This document shows positions 9,928 through 20,172 of a DNA stretch of 64,000 bases, in pieces. The notes under the pieces are model-generated. The model was not told where the DNA came from. It did no database searches and was given only the letters and a program-made list of their open reading frames with translations. The position numbers were made by a program, and so were the translations under genes. Within the stretch, counting starts at the first letter, position 1, and each line of letters starts with the position of its first letter. Source of the stretch: Candidatus Bathyarchaeia archaeon (lineage in GTDB: Archaea > Thermoproteota > Bathyarchaeia > Bathyarchaeales > Bathycorpusculaceae). The DNA is taken from positions 51,985 through 115,984 of the forward strand of contig JAVZNE010000003.1 of NCBI GenBank assembly GCA_038882975.1, given 5' to 3'.

Positions 9928-10325
9928 AATACCTCTTTGACTCTTCGGCGATATTCAAAGCTATAAAAGAAAATAAGATTGATGTTTTGGTTGGAAATTG
10001 CACGTTGGAATTGGCGAGATATGAGCTTGGAAATGTCCTTTGGAAAAGTTTCGCCTTAGAAGGAAAAGCCACAGAAGTGGAAATCAAAAGTTTGGCAAAG
10101 ATTGTAAAGCGTGTTCTCGGCATAATGGAAGCATTGCAAATAAACTGCAATGAAGAAGAAATATTGGAAATTGCAAACAAGGCGAAGATAACATTTTACG
10201 ATGCATCCTACGTTTATTACGCAAAAGCGAAAAATCTAACATTGATAACCGAAGACACACGGCTTCTCAAAAAGATTGCAAACCAAATAAACGCCTCAAC
10301 CTTAACCGACATCATCAGCCAATGA
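9924..10325 (+). CDS. vapC: PIN-domain toxin (VapC family)
   Basis: YLFDSSA, YELGNVLWK, ITFYDASY, LITED. Confidence 0.92.
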   Translation: MKYLFDSSAIFKAIKENKIDVLVGNCTLELARYELGNVLWKSFALEGKATEVEIKSLAKIVKRVLGIMEALQINCNEEEILEIANKAKITFYDASYVYYAKAKNLTLITEDTRLLKKIANQINASTLTDIISQ

Positions 10326-10426
10326 GGAAAACCACGTCAGACAACCTATTTTCCACCAAAGTTTAAATGTGAAGCGAGACAATGCTATCATTTAGTCTGC
10401 TCTAAACGTGGAAGGTGAAAAGCTGT

Positions 10427-11704
10427 ATGAGTAGGTCGTCTTTGTTTTCTGGTTTTTATAAGCTTAGTCCTAAAGAGCGTTTAGCCTTTGTTAAGGAGTT
10501 TGCCGGCTTAACTGATGAGGAATGCGCCCTATTGCAGAATACTGGTGGTTTGCCCTTGGACTTGGCTGACCGCATGATAGAAAACGTTGTGGGTGCTATT
10601 CCAGTGCCGCTGGGCATTGCCGTAAACTTCCTCATAAACGGCAGAGACTATTTGGTGCCTATGGCTATTGAGGAGCCTTCTGTTGTGGCGGCTGCTAGTT
10701 ATGCTGCAAAGATGGCACGGGATGGCGGGGGCTTCCACACGAGCAGTACTCCGCCAATCATGATTGGGCAGGTTCAAGCCGTTGGCATTAAAGACCCTTA
10801 TGCAGCTAGGCTCCGCATATTGCAGGCTAAAGATGAAATCCTAAAGAAGGCTAATGACCAAGATCCTGTGCTGGTTTCTGTGGGCGGCGGAGCCAAAGAC
10901 CTAGACGCAAAAGTCATCCATACAGTGCAAGGTCCAATGGTTATTACTGAGTTGCATGTGGACTGCCGCGACGCTATGGGCGCTAACGCCGTAAACACCA
11001 TGTGTGAGGCTGTAGCCCCCCTAATAGAACGGATAACAGGCGGCCGCGTTTATCTGCGGATAATCTCAAATTTGGCTGTTAAACGCCTAGCAAGAGCCTG
11101 GTGCGTCGTGCCAAAGGAGGCTGTGGGCGGAGAAGAAGTTGTAGACGGCATTGTGAACGCTTGGGCTTTTGCTGCAGCAGACCCTTATAGGGCTGCCACC
11201 CACAACAAGGGGATTATGAACGGCATAATAGCCGTCGTAATCGCCACATGCAACGACCACCGAGCTGTAGAAGCTGGAGCCCATGCTTATGCTGCCAGAA
11301 GCGGCCACTATACGACTCTTTCAACATGGGAGAAAAACGAAAACGGCGACTTGGTAGGCTCAATAGAACTGCCTATGGCTGTAGGCCTAATAGGAGGGGC
11401 TGTGCGAACCCACCCAATAGCCAAAATATGCCTAAAAATCCTAGGCGTAAAAACAGCTAATGAGTTTGCCGAAGTTTTGGCAGCTGTAGGCTTAGCCCAA
11501 AACCTAGGCGCATTGAGGGCATTAGCCCACGAAGGCATACAGCGCGGCCACATGTCACTTCATGCGAGAAACATTGCCATTGCTGCTGGCGCCACTGGCG
11601 AGTTAATCGATTTGGTTGCTGAGAAAATGGTGGAGGAGCGCAAAATCCGCATGGACAGAGCCAAAGAACTCATAGAACAGTATAGGGTGGCTGGAAAAAT
11701 CTAA
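10427..11704 (+). CDS. HMG-CoA reductase, class II
   Basis: MIENVVG, PMAIEEPSVVAA, DAMGANAVNT, ATHNKGIMNG, GIQRGHMSLH. Confidence 0.96.
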   Translation: MSRSSLFSGFYKLSPKERLAFVKEFAGLTDEECALLQNTGGLPLDLADRMIENVVGAIPVPLGIAVNFLINGRDYLVPMAIEEPSVVAAASYAAKMARDGGGFHTSSTPPIMIGQVQAVGIKDPYAARLRILQAKDEILKKANDQDPVLVSVGGGAKDLDAKVIHTVQGPMVITELHVDCRDAMGANAVNTMCEAVAPLIERITGGRVYLRIISNLAVKRLARAWCVVPKEAVGGEEVVDGIVNAWAFAAADPYRAATHNKGIMNGIIAVVIATCNDHRAVEAGAHAYAARSGHYTTLSTWEKNENGDLVGSIELPMAVGLIGGAVRTHPIAKICLKILGVKTANEFAEVLAAVGLAQNLGALRALAHEGIQRGHMSLHARNIAIAAGATGELIDLVAEKMVEERKIRMDRAKELIEQYRVAGKI

Positions 11705-11739
11705 AAGATAGGCGTGCTTCACTAGAGAACGGCGGTTAA

Positions 11740-12615
11740 ATGAAAATCCTTCCAGGTCCAGCCTCAAAAGAGCTAGGCGAAAAAATAGCCCAAATTTTAG
11801 GCGTAGAGCCAACTCCAGTCTTTTTTAAGGCTTTTCCAGACGGCGAATCCTATGTTAGGCTTGACGGAGCTGTTGAAGGCGAAACCGCCGTAATAGTGCA
11901 GACAACAAGCCCGCCGCAAGACACACGCCTAATACAGCTGGCATTAATTGCTGATGCTGCCAAAAGAAACAACGCGAGAAGAGTTGTGGCGGTTGTTCCC
12001 TATTTGGCTTATGCCCGCCAAGACAAAGTCTTCCTTAAAGGAGAGGCTGTAAGCATAGAAGCCATAGCGAGAATGCTTAAGGCTGCTGGCCTCGACGCCC
12101 TAATAACTGTCAACATTCACCAGCAAAACATCTTAGACAAGTTTCCCTTCCAAGCAAAGAGCATCTCAGCCATCCCGCTTTTAGCCGAACACTTCAAGCA
12201 AAGGGGCTTTAAAGAGGCTTTTGCGCTGGCTCCAGACAAAGGCGCGATAAGCATAGCTGAAGAAGCCTCAAAGGTTCTAGGCGGAGACTATGGCTACTTG
12301 GAAAAGCAGAGAGACCGCTACACCGGGCGTGTGACCGTTGAAAAGAAAGAGTTCGCCGTTAAAGGAAAAACAGTCATCATTTTTGACGACATTATTAGCA
12401 CTGGCGGCACAATAATTGCAGCTGCAAACGTCTTACGCGAGCTTGGAGCAGCCAAAGTTTATGCCGCATGCGTTCATCCGCTTTTGGTAGGCGATGCTGA
12501 AAAGCGAATCCGTCAAGCCGGAGTTGAAGAAATAATCGGAACAGACAGTGTCCCTAGCCACGTTAGCAAGGTTTCATTAGCCCCGCTCATTGCTCAAGTT
12601 TTGCGGGAGCTTTAA
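11740..12615 (+). CDS. prs: Ribose-phosphate pyrophosphokinase
   Basis: FPDGE, PYLAYARQD, DDIISTGGT. Confidence 0.96.
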   Translation: MKILPGPASKELGEKIAQILGVEPTPVFFKAFPDGESYVRLDGAVEGETAVIVQTTSPPQDTRLIQLALIADAAKRNNARRVVAVVPYLAYARQDKVFLKGEAVSIEAIARMLKAAGLDALITVNIHQQNILDKFPFQAKSISAIPLLAEHFKQRGFKEAFALAPDKGAISIAEEASKVLGGDYGYLEKQRDRYTGRVTVEKKEFAVKGKTVIIFDDIISTGGTIIAAANVLRELGAAKVYAACVHPLLVGDAEKRIRQAGVEEIIGTDSVPSHVSKVSLAPLIAQVLREL

Positions 12616-12616
12616 A

Positions 12617-13654
12617 GTGGCTAGGCTTTTCTTCCTCTTATCTGGCGAGCATGAAACACTGCCAACGGCGGAGCTGAAAGCCATTCTGGAGGCTGAAGGC
12701 TACAACCACAAAGTTTTAGAAACGCTGGACCAAATTTTAAGGGTTGAAGCAGACGTAAAGTGTGTTGAAGCTGTAAAAAAGCGTGCAGCCTTAACAAGGC
12801 TGTGTGGATTGGAAATTTTCACATGCAAGGCTGAGCCAAGCGAGGCTGCCAAAGCCATCCGCTCAACCAATATTGGCGAATTCATGAAAAGCGGTGAAAC
12901 TTTTGCTGTCCGCATAAAACATGTAAAAAGCCATGCCAAAGAAGTTGACGGAATGGCTTTGGAGCGCAAACTCGGAGAAATAATCCTAAACGCAGCAGAA
13001 AATGTGCGAGTAAACCTTCAAAACCCTCAAAAAACCTTCACAGGAATACTAACGGACGACAAGCTTGTTTTCGGCTTGAAGCTGGCGGATATGCCGCCAA
13101 AACCCTTCATGGATAGACGCCCTAAGAAAAAGCCCTTCTTCCATCCATCCGCCATGCCGCCAAAACTTGCAAGGTGTATGGTGAACTTAGCCAAGCCGAA
13201 AGCTGACGAATTAGTATTTGACCCCTTCTGTGGGACGGGAAGCATTCTAATAGAGGCAGCCTTAATAGGCTGCCGCGTCCTAGGCGTGGACATTCAAAAA
13301 CGCATGGTAAGGGGAAGCCGAAAAAACTTTGCATATTTTGGCATTGAACCAGAGGGGCTCATAGTTGCAGATGCAAAAAACCCGCCAGTAAAAGCCGTAG
13401 ACGCTGTTGTTGCAGACCCACCTTATGGGCGGAGTGCAACAACCTTTAGGCGAACCACAAGGCAGATAATCGAAGACTGTTTAAAGGCTGTTCACGGCAT
13501 GCTTAGCGTTAAGAAAAGAATTTGTATGGCGGCCCCCAAAACCATTGGAATAAGCCAAATCGGCAAGACGCTGGGCTATCGGCATGTGGAATCCCACATG
13601 GTTTATGTGCATAGAAGCTTAACCCGTGAAATCGCAGTTTTTGAGAAGGCATAA
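12617..13654 (+). CDS. tRNA m2G10 methyltransferase (THUMP + MTase, Trm11/TrmG10)
   Basis: THUMP region, DPFCGTGS, DPPYG, VHRSLTR. Confidence 0.9.
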   Translation: MARLFFLLSGEHETLPTAELKAILEAEGYNHKVLETLDQILRVEADVKCVEAVKKRAALTRLCGLEIFTCKAEPSEAAKAIRSTNIGEFMKSGETFAVRIKHVKSHAKEVDGMALERKLGEIILNAAENVRVNLQNPQKTFTGILTDDKLVFGLKLADMPPKPFMDRRPKKKPFFHPSAMPPKLARCMVNLAKPKADELVFDPFCGTGSILIEAALIGCRVLGVDIQKRMVRGSRKNFAYFGIEPEGLIVADAKNPPVKAVDAVVADPPYGRSATTFRRTTRQIIEDCLKAVHGMLSVKKRICMAAPKTIGISQIGKTLGYRHVESHMVYVHRSLTREIAVFEKA

Positions 13655-13672
13655 AGCTGCTTGTAAACTTCT

Positions 13673-14062
13673 TCATTTTGCTGCGGCGAGCATCCGCTCT
13701 TTCTTAAAGCAGAGGATTACGATGGATATTATTGGCACGACTAAGCCGATGGAGGCTGTGAATTGTATCGTTAACCCCCATAAATCGAACGCTATGGTTG
13801 CAATACTAGCAGATATTGTGCTCCAGAAGCCCCATTTTCGCTCAAACAACAAACCGAAAGTGGCGCCAAGCCCTAAAACGCCTAGAAACAGAAACATCAT
13901 GAAAAGTATGACGGATGTTTCATATGAAATTGGATTGTCTAAAAACTGTCCCATCCCTTCAGGTGTGCCAACCGCTGCAAAGAAAAGCCTGCCAACAGAT
14001 TGGATTATCCATAGTAAGCCAACAAAGACCACAGCCTTGCTCCTTTTAACAGAACCCGCCAT
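13673..14062 (-). CDS. Small membrane protein (about 4 TM)
   Basis: Hydrophobic ORF co-oriented 3 bp after the flavodoxin stop. Confidence 0.7.
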   Translation of the reverse strand: MAGSVKRSKAVVFVGLLWIIQSVGRLFFAAVGTPEGMGQFLDNPISYETSVILFMMFLFLGVLGLGATFGLLFERKWGFWSTISASIATIAFDLWGLTIQFTASIGLVVPIISIVILCFKKERMLAAAK

Positions 14063-14065
14063 TTT

Positions 14066-14533
14066 CTACCCCTCCACTTTAAGCTGGACGGCTATATTCT
14101 TTCCAAACTCTTTGCATTTTGGCAGTTCGCCCTCCACAATTGGTCCCTTTATTCCTTGAACTTTTATTGATAAGCCAGCCGCGATTCGCCTTAAACTTGG
14201 AGCTTTTTCGCTTACCCGTTTTTCCATCTTCTTTACAGCTTTCTCAAAGTCCCTTCCCATATACGTGTCGAAAACAGCAAATTTCTTTCCATCCAACTGC
14301 AACTTGCTAAGCTTGTCGATAAAGCCCTTAATGCCCCTTGTTGGACCACCCACATGATTTGGAGAGCCAATCAATATTGCATCACAAAAGGGGATTTCTT
14401 TAAGGTCCAATTCTTTCAGTTCTTTGAGGGAAACCTCCACCCCGCCGACCTCTTTTATTCCTTCAATTATGGACTCCGCCACGCGCTTAGTGTTGCCGTA
14501 AAGAGATTCAAAAACAACAATAACCCTTACCAT
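14066..14533 (-). CDS. Flavodoxin-like protein
   Basis: FESLYGNTK FMN loop, IGSPNH, AVFDTY. Confidence 0.9.
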   Translation of the reverse strand: MVRVIVVFESLYGNTKRVAESIIEGIKEVGGVEVSLKELKELDLKEIPFCDAILIGSPNHVGGPTRGIKGFIDKLSKLQLDGKKFAVFDTYMGRDFEKAVKKMEKRVSEKAPSLRRIAAGLSIKVQGIKGPIVEGELPKCKEFGKNIAVQLKVEG

Positions 14534-14644
14534 AAGCAACATTTCCCGTTTATAATTCTTCATCCAAGTCTTTAAGACTTACGGACTTTATTAAGCACAA
14601 AGCCTAACAAGGAAAGACTGCATACTCTAAAAGGTGTTGCACTT

Positions 14645-15568
14645 ATGAACTTGAAAGTTATTTTCTTAGGCACGGCTGGAAGCATTCCCACTCCAAAGAG
14701 GAGTTTGCCAGCCATATTGATAAGGCGTAAAGGCGAACAACTGCTCTTCGACTGTGGCGAGGGCGTCCAAAGGCAGATGATTATGGCTGGAGCCAGCTTT
14801 AATAGGAAAATGAAGGTGTTTATAACGCATATGCATGGGGACCATATGCTGGGATTGCCAGGGCTTGTACAGACGATGGCTCTTCTTGACCGTGACAAAA
14901 AACTCGAAATCTACGGACCGCCAGGAATACGAAGATTCATGGAGGGCATAAGGGAAACGGTGCAGTTTGGCTTAACATTTCCTATAGAAATCCACGAAAT
15001 CCATGAAGTCGGGACAGTATGCGAAGCGGATGAATACACGGTTCAAGCCATATGGGCAAACCACGTAATACCAAGCCTAGCCTACGCCCTTGTGGAGAAG
15101 CCCCGACCAGGAAAATTTTACCCAGAAAAAGCCAGAGCCCTAGGAGTACCAGAAGGACCTTTATGGTCAAAGCTTCAACACGGAAATGAAGTCAAGCTTC
15201 CAAACGGGAAGATTGTTAAACCAGAAGACGTCATGGGTCCGCCAAGAAAGGGAAGAAAAATAGTTTATACTGGGGACACTAGACCCTTTGATGGTTTGGC
15301 GGATTTTGCGTCAAACGCTGATCTGTTAATTCATGATGCCACTTTGGATGATAAACTGGCTGAAAGAGCCTATGAGGATGGGCACTCAATTCCAAGCCAG
15401 GCGGCGGAAACCGCTGAAAAGGCTAAAGCTAGACTGCTGGTTTTAACGCATATAAGTGCGAGATATGAAGATCCAAGGATGCTCCTTAGACAAGCGAGAA
15501 AAATTTTCAAAAACACTAGAATAGCCGAGGACCTCATGGAAATTGAAATTCCGCTTCCAGAAGGCTGA
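14645..15568 (+). CDS. rnz: Ribonuclease Z
   Basis: FLGT, DCGEG, THMHGDH, GP exosite, YTGDT, HDAT, THISARY. Confidence 0.97.
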   Translation: MNLKVIFLGTAGSIPTPKRSLPAILIRRKGEQLLFDCGEGVQRQMIMAGASFNRKMKVFITHMHGDHMLGLPGLVQTMALLDRDKKLEIYGPPGIRRFMEGIRETVQFGLTFPIEIHEIHEVGTVCEADEYTVQAIWANHVIPSLAYALVEKPRPGKFYPEKARALGVPEGPLWSKLQHGNEVKLPNGKIVKPEDVMGPPRKGRKIVYTGDTRPFDGLADFASNADLLIHDATLDDKLAERAYEDGHSIPSQAAETAEKAKARLLVLTHISARYEDPRMLLRQARKIFKNTRIAEDLMEIEIPLPEG

Positions 15569-15569
15569 A

Positions 15570-16388
15570 TCATTTAAGCATTTCTTTCAACTTTTGAACG
15601 CTTTCAGCAACATTCTCAACAGACTCCACAACCACAACCTTGTCATAGGATATTTCCCGCAGCAGCCTTGCAAACCCATGCCAGTCCACTGTTCCATAGC
15701 CTATACCAAGATGCAAGTCGTTCCTTCCGTCGTTGTCGTGGGCATGGATGTGCATGATTTTATCTGCAAACATTTTTAGGAAATGTTCTGTCTGCCCATT
15801 AATGTTTGAATGTCCAATATCTAGGGCTAAGCCTAGAGGCTCTGAAACTTCGCTGTAAAATTTTTCAAAGTCTTTGACGCCTTTCATTAGGAATGGGTAT
15901 GGTTCAGGAACGTTCTCTATAGCTATTTCCAAACCATAATCGCTGGCAATTTTATAGAGAAGCCGCGCAGTTTTTCTGTTTTGTTTCCAATCCTCGCCGG
16001 GATAAAACATGCTCACACCAGTTTTTAATCCTGGATGGAAAACCCAAATGTATGCCTCTAAAAGGCTTGCCAGCTTCATGGAATTTTCCAGCCGTCTAAG
16101 CATGGCTTTTAAAATGCTGTGTGATGGTGAGGCTATGTTTATGTCGGCAAATGGCGCGTGAACAGAGAACTTCACGTCGTAAGTTTTCCCTATATCCATA
16201 AGTCTCGTAACTCTCTGCTTGTCTAAAGCGTGGAGACCGTCGTCTACAATTTCTATGTGGCTGGCGTTTATGTTTGTGATTTTTCTTACCATTTTGTTGA
16301 AGGGTTCGCTTAGTAGGTGGAGGGTTGAAACTCCGATTTCTGGTCTGCTCAAAGTTTTCATCCCGATGCCTTTTAGATTTATTTCCAT
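15570..16388 (-). CDS. Sugar phosphate isomerase/epimerase (AP endonuclease 2 TIM barrel)
   Basis: VHAPF, FHPG, IENVP, LDIGH, HAHDN, DLHL. Confidence 0.9.
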   Translation of the reverse strand: MEINLKGIGMKTLSRPEIGVSTLHLLSEPFNKMVRKITNINASHIEIVDDGLHALDKQRVTRLMDIGKTYDVKFSVHAPFADINIASPSHSILKAMLRRLENSMKLASLLEAYIWVFHPGLKTGVSMFYPGEDWKQNRKTARLLYKIASDYGLEIAIENVPEPYPFLMKGVKDFEKFYSEVSEPLGLALDIGHSNINGQTEHFLKMFADKIMHIHAHDNDGRNDLHLGIGYGTVDWHGFARLLREISYDKVVVVESVENVAESVQKLKEMLK

Positions 16389-16547
16389 GCGCTTTTCTTG
16401 CTTATAACTGCTGGCTTGTTGTTCTTCTGGTTTTCTTTTAATTATGGATTTTTAGTGAGCAAAATATATATTCGATTTTGTGGTCATAACTGGTGACTAC
16501 TAACGGTGGTAATTTCGTGCACCTACCAAAATGGACGGTGCAACGGA

Positions 16548-17354
16548 ATGTCTAAAAACACTTTTAAGCCCCTAGACGTCGGCAGAGTCATGATTTTTAA
16601 CAAAGACCAGAAAATATATGGGCTTGCGATAGAGGCGAAAGTTGAGAAGGGAAACTTAAGAAAACTAGCAGAAGTAGCTGAAAGCCTAGACATAACAGTA
16701 CGCTACATCCAATTTTCCATGAATGAAGCCCATAAACCCACAGTTAACGCAATCGCCTTCCTAGACTTTTCAAAAGCGAGAGCTACACCAGAAGAAGCCC
16801 TAGAAATAATCCTTAACAGCTACGACTTTGTTAAGAACGCGAAAATAATAAAGCCCTGTGGCGAAAGCATTGTTTTCGACAACCACTTCTTTCCATTAAT
16901 TGCGGCGAACGAAAGAGCGGTCATCTTAAGAAAATCCGTTTACGAAGCTCTCTTTAATGGTGTTAGGGAAAAATTCGGGTCAGCCGGTGAAGCGATGCTT
17001 TATTATCAGGGTTTTAGCATAGGCTTTGAAATTTATGATACATATCGAGAGATTGCAAGGTCGGACGCTGTGGAGGATTTGGTTGAGGTGGCTAAAGCTA
17101 TAAACATGACTCTGGGTTGGGGAATAATAGACCATGTAGACATAGACATGCAAAGGAAATCCGCACGACTTCGAGTATACCAAAACTTTGAATGCGAACT
17201 TGGCGTTGGGAAAGGAAAGCCATACAGCCAATTCTATAGAGGTGCTGTTGCTGGAATATTCACCCGCTTCTTTGGAAAGGATGTTAAGGTCAAAGAGACA
17301 AAATGCATTGCCAAGGGTGACCAGTACTGCGAATTCACGGTGAAAGCGTCTTAA
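16548..17354 (+). CDS. V4R (4-vinyl reductase) domain sensor protein
   Basis: C-terminal GWG...FEC...ETKCIAKGDQYCEF; ACT-like N-terminus (inferred). Confidence 0.88.
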   Translation: MSKNTFKPLDVGRVMIFNKDQKIYGLAIEAKVEKGNLRKLAEVAESLDITVRYIQFSMNEAHKPTVNAIAFLDFSKARATPEEALEIILNSYDFVKNAKIIKPCGESIVFDNHFFPLIAANERAVILRKSVYEALFNGVREKFGSAGEAMLYYQGFSIGFEIYDTYREIARSDAVEDLVEVAKAINMTLGWGIIDHVDIDMQRKSARLRVYQNFECELGVGKGKPYSQFYRGAVAGIFTRFFGKDVKVKETKCIAKGDQYCEFTVKAS

Positions 17355-17416
17355 AACTTTTATAGCCATGGGCTTAAATTTTATATTTTAATGGCGTTGG
17401 GGCGCGTAGGGCGCCT

Positions 17417-17590
17417 ATGACCGGTGAAGGAAAAGGCAAAGTTGTTGATAGGGGCAAGAAGTATAGGAAAATCTTCGTTTACATCCCAAAGGAGGTTTCG
17501 TCGGACACTAGTTTCCCGTTTAAGGTTGGGGAAGACGTAACTGTGAAGATTGATGGCGATAGGCTGATAATTGAGAAGCGGCGGAATTAA
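17417..17590 (+). CDS. AbrB/MazE-like small DNA-binding protein (57 aa, not in ORF track)
   Basis: Hand translation MTGEGKGKVVDRGKKYRKIFVYIPKEVSSDTSFPFKVGEDVTVKIDGDRLIIEKRRN. Confidence 0.85.
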   Translation: MTGEGKGKVVDRGKKYRKIFVYIPKEVSSDTSFPFKVGEDVTVKIDGDRLIIEKRRN

Positions 17591-17727
17591 AGCGGTAAAA
17601 CAGCTAGTTAAAATTGGATTCTGATTCCGAATATGTAGTGTTAGTGTTAATCTAGACTCCACATTCATACAAGTTAAATCATCGACTTACCAAAATTCTG
17701 ACAAGATGCATTCACGGAAGAGGCAGC

Positions 17728-19692
17728 ATGAATAAGAATTTGAGGGATGTTCTGGCTGGTCCTGAAGCCTTCAAAAACCTAGTGGAGAATGCATCTTTGC
17801 CCATAGCCATATCAGACACTAGGGGGCGCTTTGTCTATATTAATAGGGCGTTGGCTGATGCCTTGGGCTTTCAACCAGAAGAGGTTGTGGGCAAAACCTT
17901 CATGGAGTTTCTTCATCCAGAAGACAAGTTTAGAGTCATGCGCCTTTTCCTAAGGATAATCGCTCTAAAAAGGCAGCCTCGAGCCCTAGAGTTCCGCGTC
18001 GTATGCAAAGGTGGACAAGTTCGCCATTTCATCTCTAAACCCACAAGATTCATTGTTGGCGGCAAAACCTTGGGCTTTCAAGCGTTAATGACGGAAATTA
18101 CAGAGCTTAAGAGGATGGAGGCACAGCTAAGGGAGGCAAATAGGCGTTTTAAAATGCTTCTGGAAAACGCCATGGAAGGAATAACAATAGTTGACCCAAA
18201 CGAGAACATAATTTTCGCTAACAGAGCCTTCGCCGAAATGCTTGGCTATAATGAGGAAGAAGTCCGCGGCATGAGTCTTCTAAAGTTTGTTGATGAGGAT
18301 GGCTTTAGAAAGATAAGTGAGGAAACTGAAGCTAGGAGAAAAGGGCTTGTCAGTCGTTATGAGCTAACCTTGTATCGGAAGGATGGAAAGCCACGTTTTG
18401 TCCAGGTTTCAGCTTCACCCCTCTGGAACGAGGATGGAAGCTATGCTGGTGCCTTGGCAATCATTATGGACATTACTGAACGTAGAAAAATGGAAGCAGC
18501 CTTAAAGGAGTCTGAAGAAAAATTCAGAAACATTTTCGAGAACGCCAACGACGGCTTTATTTATTTAGACCAGCACGGGAGAATTTTAGACGCAAATAGA
18601 AAAACCGTGGAGGTTTTGGGCTGTAGAAAAGAGGAAATCGTGGGAAAACATTTCACCGAGCTACAAGCGATTCCCCGCGATGAATTGCAAAAGGTTATTG
18701 GTGCATTTTCCGCCGCTCTTATGGAGAAGATCAGTTACGCCAACTTCACAGTTGTTGGAAGTGATGGAAAAGAACGCCTACTAGAAAGCTCCGCATCCAT
18801 TATAAAAGTTGGGGATAAAATATCCGGCGTCCTAATTATTGCCAGAGATGTCACTGAAAGGGAGCAGATGCGAGAAAAGCTTGAAGAGTATTCTAGGCGG
18901 CTGGAAACCCTTGTTGAGGAGAGGACAAAACAACTGCGGGAAGCTCAGGAAAGACTTCTCCGAGCGGAGAGGCTTGCCGCTATTGGGCAGGTGGCAGCAA
19001 TGGTTGGTCACGACTTGCGAAATCCTTTGACAAGCATAGCTGGCGCCGCTTACTATTTGAAGAAAAAGTTATGGCAGAATATGGATACAAAAGCCAAGAA
19101 GATGCTTAGAATAATCGAGAGGGATGTAGAGTACTCTAACAATGTTCTGGCTGACTTGCTTGACTATTCAAGGGAAATTAAGCTGAACTTTACGGAGACA
19201 ACCCCCAAAGCTTTGCTTATGGAGACTTTATCCACCCTTAAAGTGCCCAAAAAAATTGTGGTTGTTGATGAGGCCACCAGCGACCCTATAATAGTGGATA
19301 AGGAGAGAATGAAAAGGGTTTTTGTCAATATAATCAAGAACGCCATTGCCGCTATGCCGAAAGGTGGAAAACTCATTATATCCAGCAGAAAAAATGGTGA
19401 TTTTATGGAAATTTCTTTTGCAGACACAGGTGTGGGCATGTCAAAAGAGGTTTTAGAAAAACTTTGGACACCCTTCTTCACAACAAAGGCTAAGGGTTTG
19501 GGATTAGGCTTGCCCATATGTAAACGCGTTGTGGAGGCGCACGGTGGCGAAATAACCGTTAAAAGTGCCCCAAACAAGGGCACGACTTTCACGGTGGCTG
19601 TTCCAGTTAAACCCAAAACAGAAAAAGAAAAGGAGGGAAAGGTATGGGTGAAAGTGCCAGAATCCTTGTTGTCGACTACAACGAAAGCGTAA
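17728..19692 (+). CDS. Cytoplasmic PAS(x3) sensor histidine kinase
   Basis: Three PAS/PAC repeats; H box GHDLRNPL; N, G1 (DTGVG), F and G2 (GLGLGL) boxes. Confidence 0.96.
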   Translation: MNKNLRDVLAGPEAFKNLVENASLPIAISDTRGRFVYINRALADALGFQPEEVVGKTFMEFLHPEDKFRVMRLFLRIIALKRQPRALEFRVVCKGGQVRHFISKPTRFIVGGKTLGFQALMTEITELKRMEAQLREANRRFKMLLENAMEGITIVDPNENIIFANRAFAEMLGYNEEEVRGMSLLKFVDEDGFRKISEETEARRKGLVSRYELTLYRKDGKPRFVQVSASPLWNEDGSYAGALAIIMDITERRKMEAALKESEEKFRNIFENANDGFIYLDQHGRILDANRKTVEVLGCRKEEIVGKHFTELQAIPRDELQKVIGAFSAALMEKISYANFTVVGSDGKERLLESSASIIKVGDKISGVLIIARDVTEREQMREKLEEYSRRLETLVEERTKQLREAQERLLRAERLAAIGQVAAMVGHDLRNPLTSIAGAAYYLKKKLWQNMDTKAKKMLRIIERDVEYSNNVLADLLDYSREIKLNFTETTPKALLMETLSTLKVPKKIVVVDEATSDPIIVDKERMKRVFVNIIKNAIAAMPKGGKLIISSRKNGDFMEISFADTGVGMSKEVLEKLWTPFFTTKAKGLGLGLPICKRVVEAHGGEITVKSAPNKGTTFTVAVPVKPKTEKEKEGKVWVKVPESLLSTTTKA

Positions 19693-20087
19693 GGAAGATT
19701 TTGCAGATTGTTCTTGAGCATGCGGGATACTTGATTGACACGGCAAAAACTGGAGAGGAAGCCCTAAAAACAGCCAAAGTAAGGCATCCTAATCTAGCCC
19801 TAGTGGATTGTTCTCTAATAGACATTGAACTAAAAACTTTTCTAAAAAAGATCAGTAAGATAGCGCCCTCAACCCAAATTCTAATCGTTGCGGATAAGTC
19901 CTCACTTCATGAAGTTAAGGAGATGGTTAGCAAAGCTGGCAAGAAGCCGTACCCCTATCTTTTGAAGCCTTTTCAAATGGAAAAAGCTCTAGCCTTGATT
20001 AGGGAGCAGCTTAGAAAGCAGCGATGGAGAAAAAGAGTTGAAAGCATAACCATAGAGTTTGTTAAGCCCCTTGAAAAGCGCGTTTAA
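19644..20087 (+). CDS. Response regulator receiver (degenerate acidic pocket)
   Basis: ILVVDYN, LALVD, LLKPF; overlaps kinase by 49 bp. Confidence 0.85.
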   Translation: MGESARILVVDYNESVRKILQIVLEHAGYLIDTAKTGEEALKTAKVRHPNLALVDCSLIDIELKTFLKKISKIAPSTQILIVADKSSLHEVKEMVSKAGKKPYPYLLKPFQMEKALALIREQLRKQRWRKRVESITIEFVKPLEKRV

Positions 20088-20172
20088 AGTCGCCTATGGA
20101 AGGAGTATATTTAAAAGCCTAAACTTTTACAAAAATATTTAGAAAACTATCGGCGTTAAATTGGGAGAGTTT

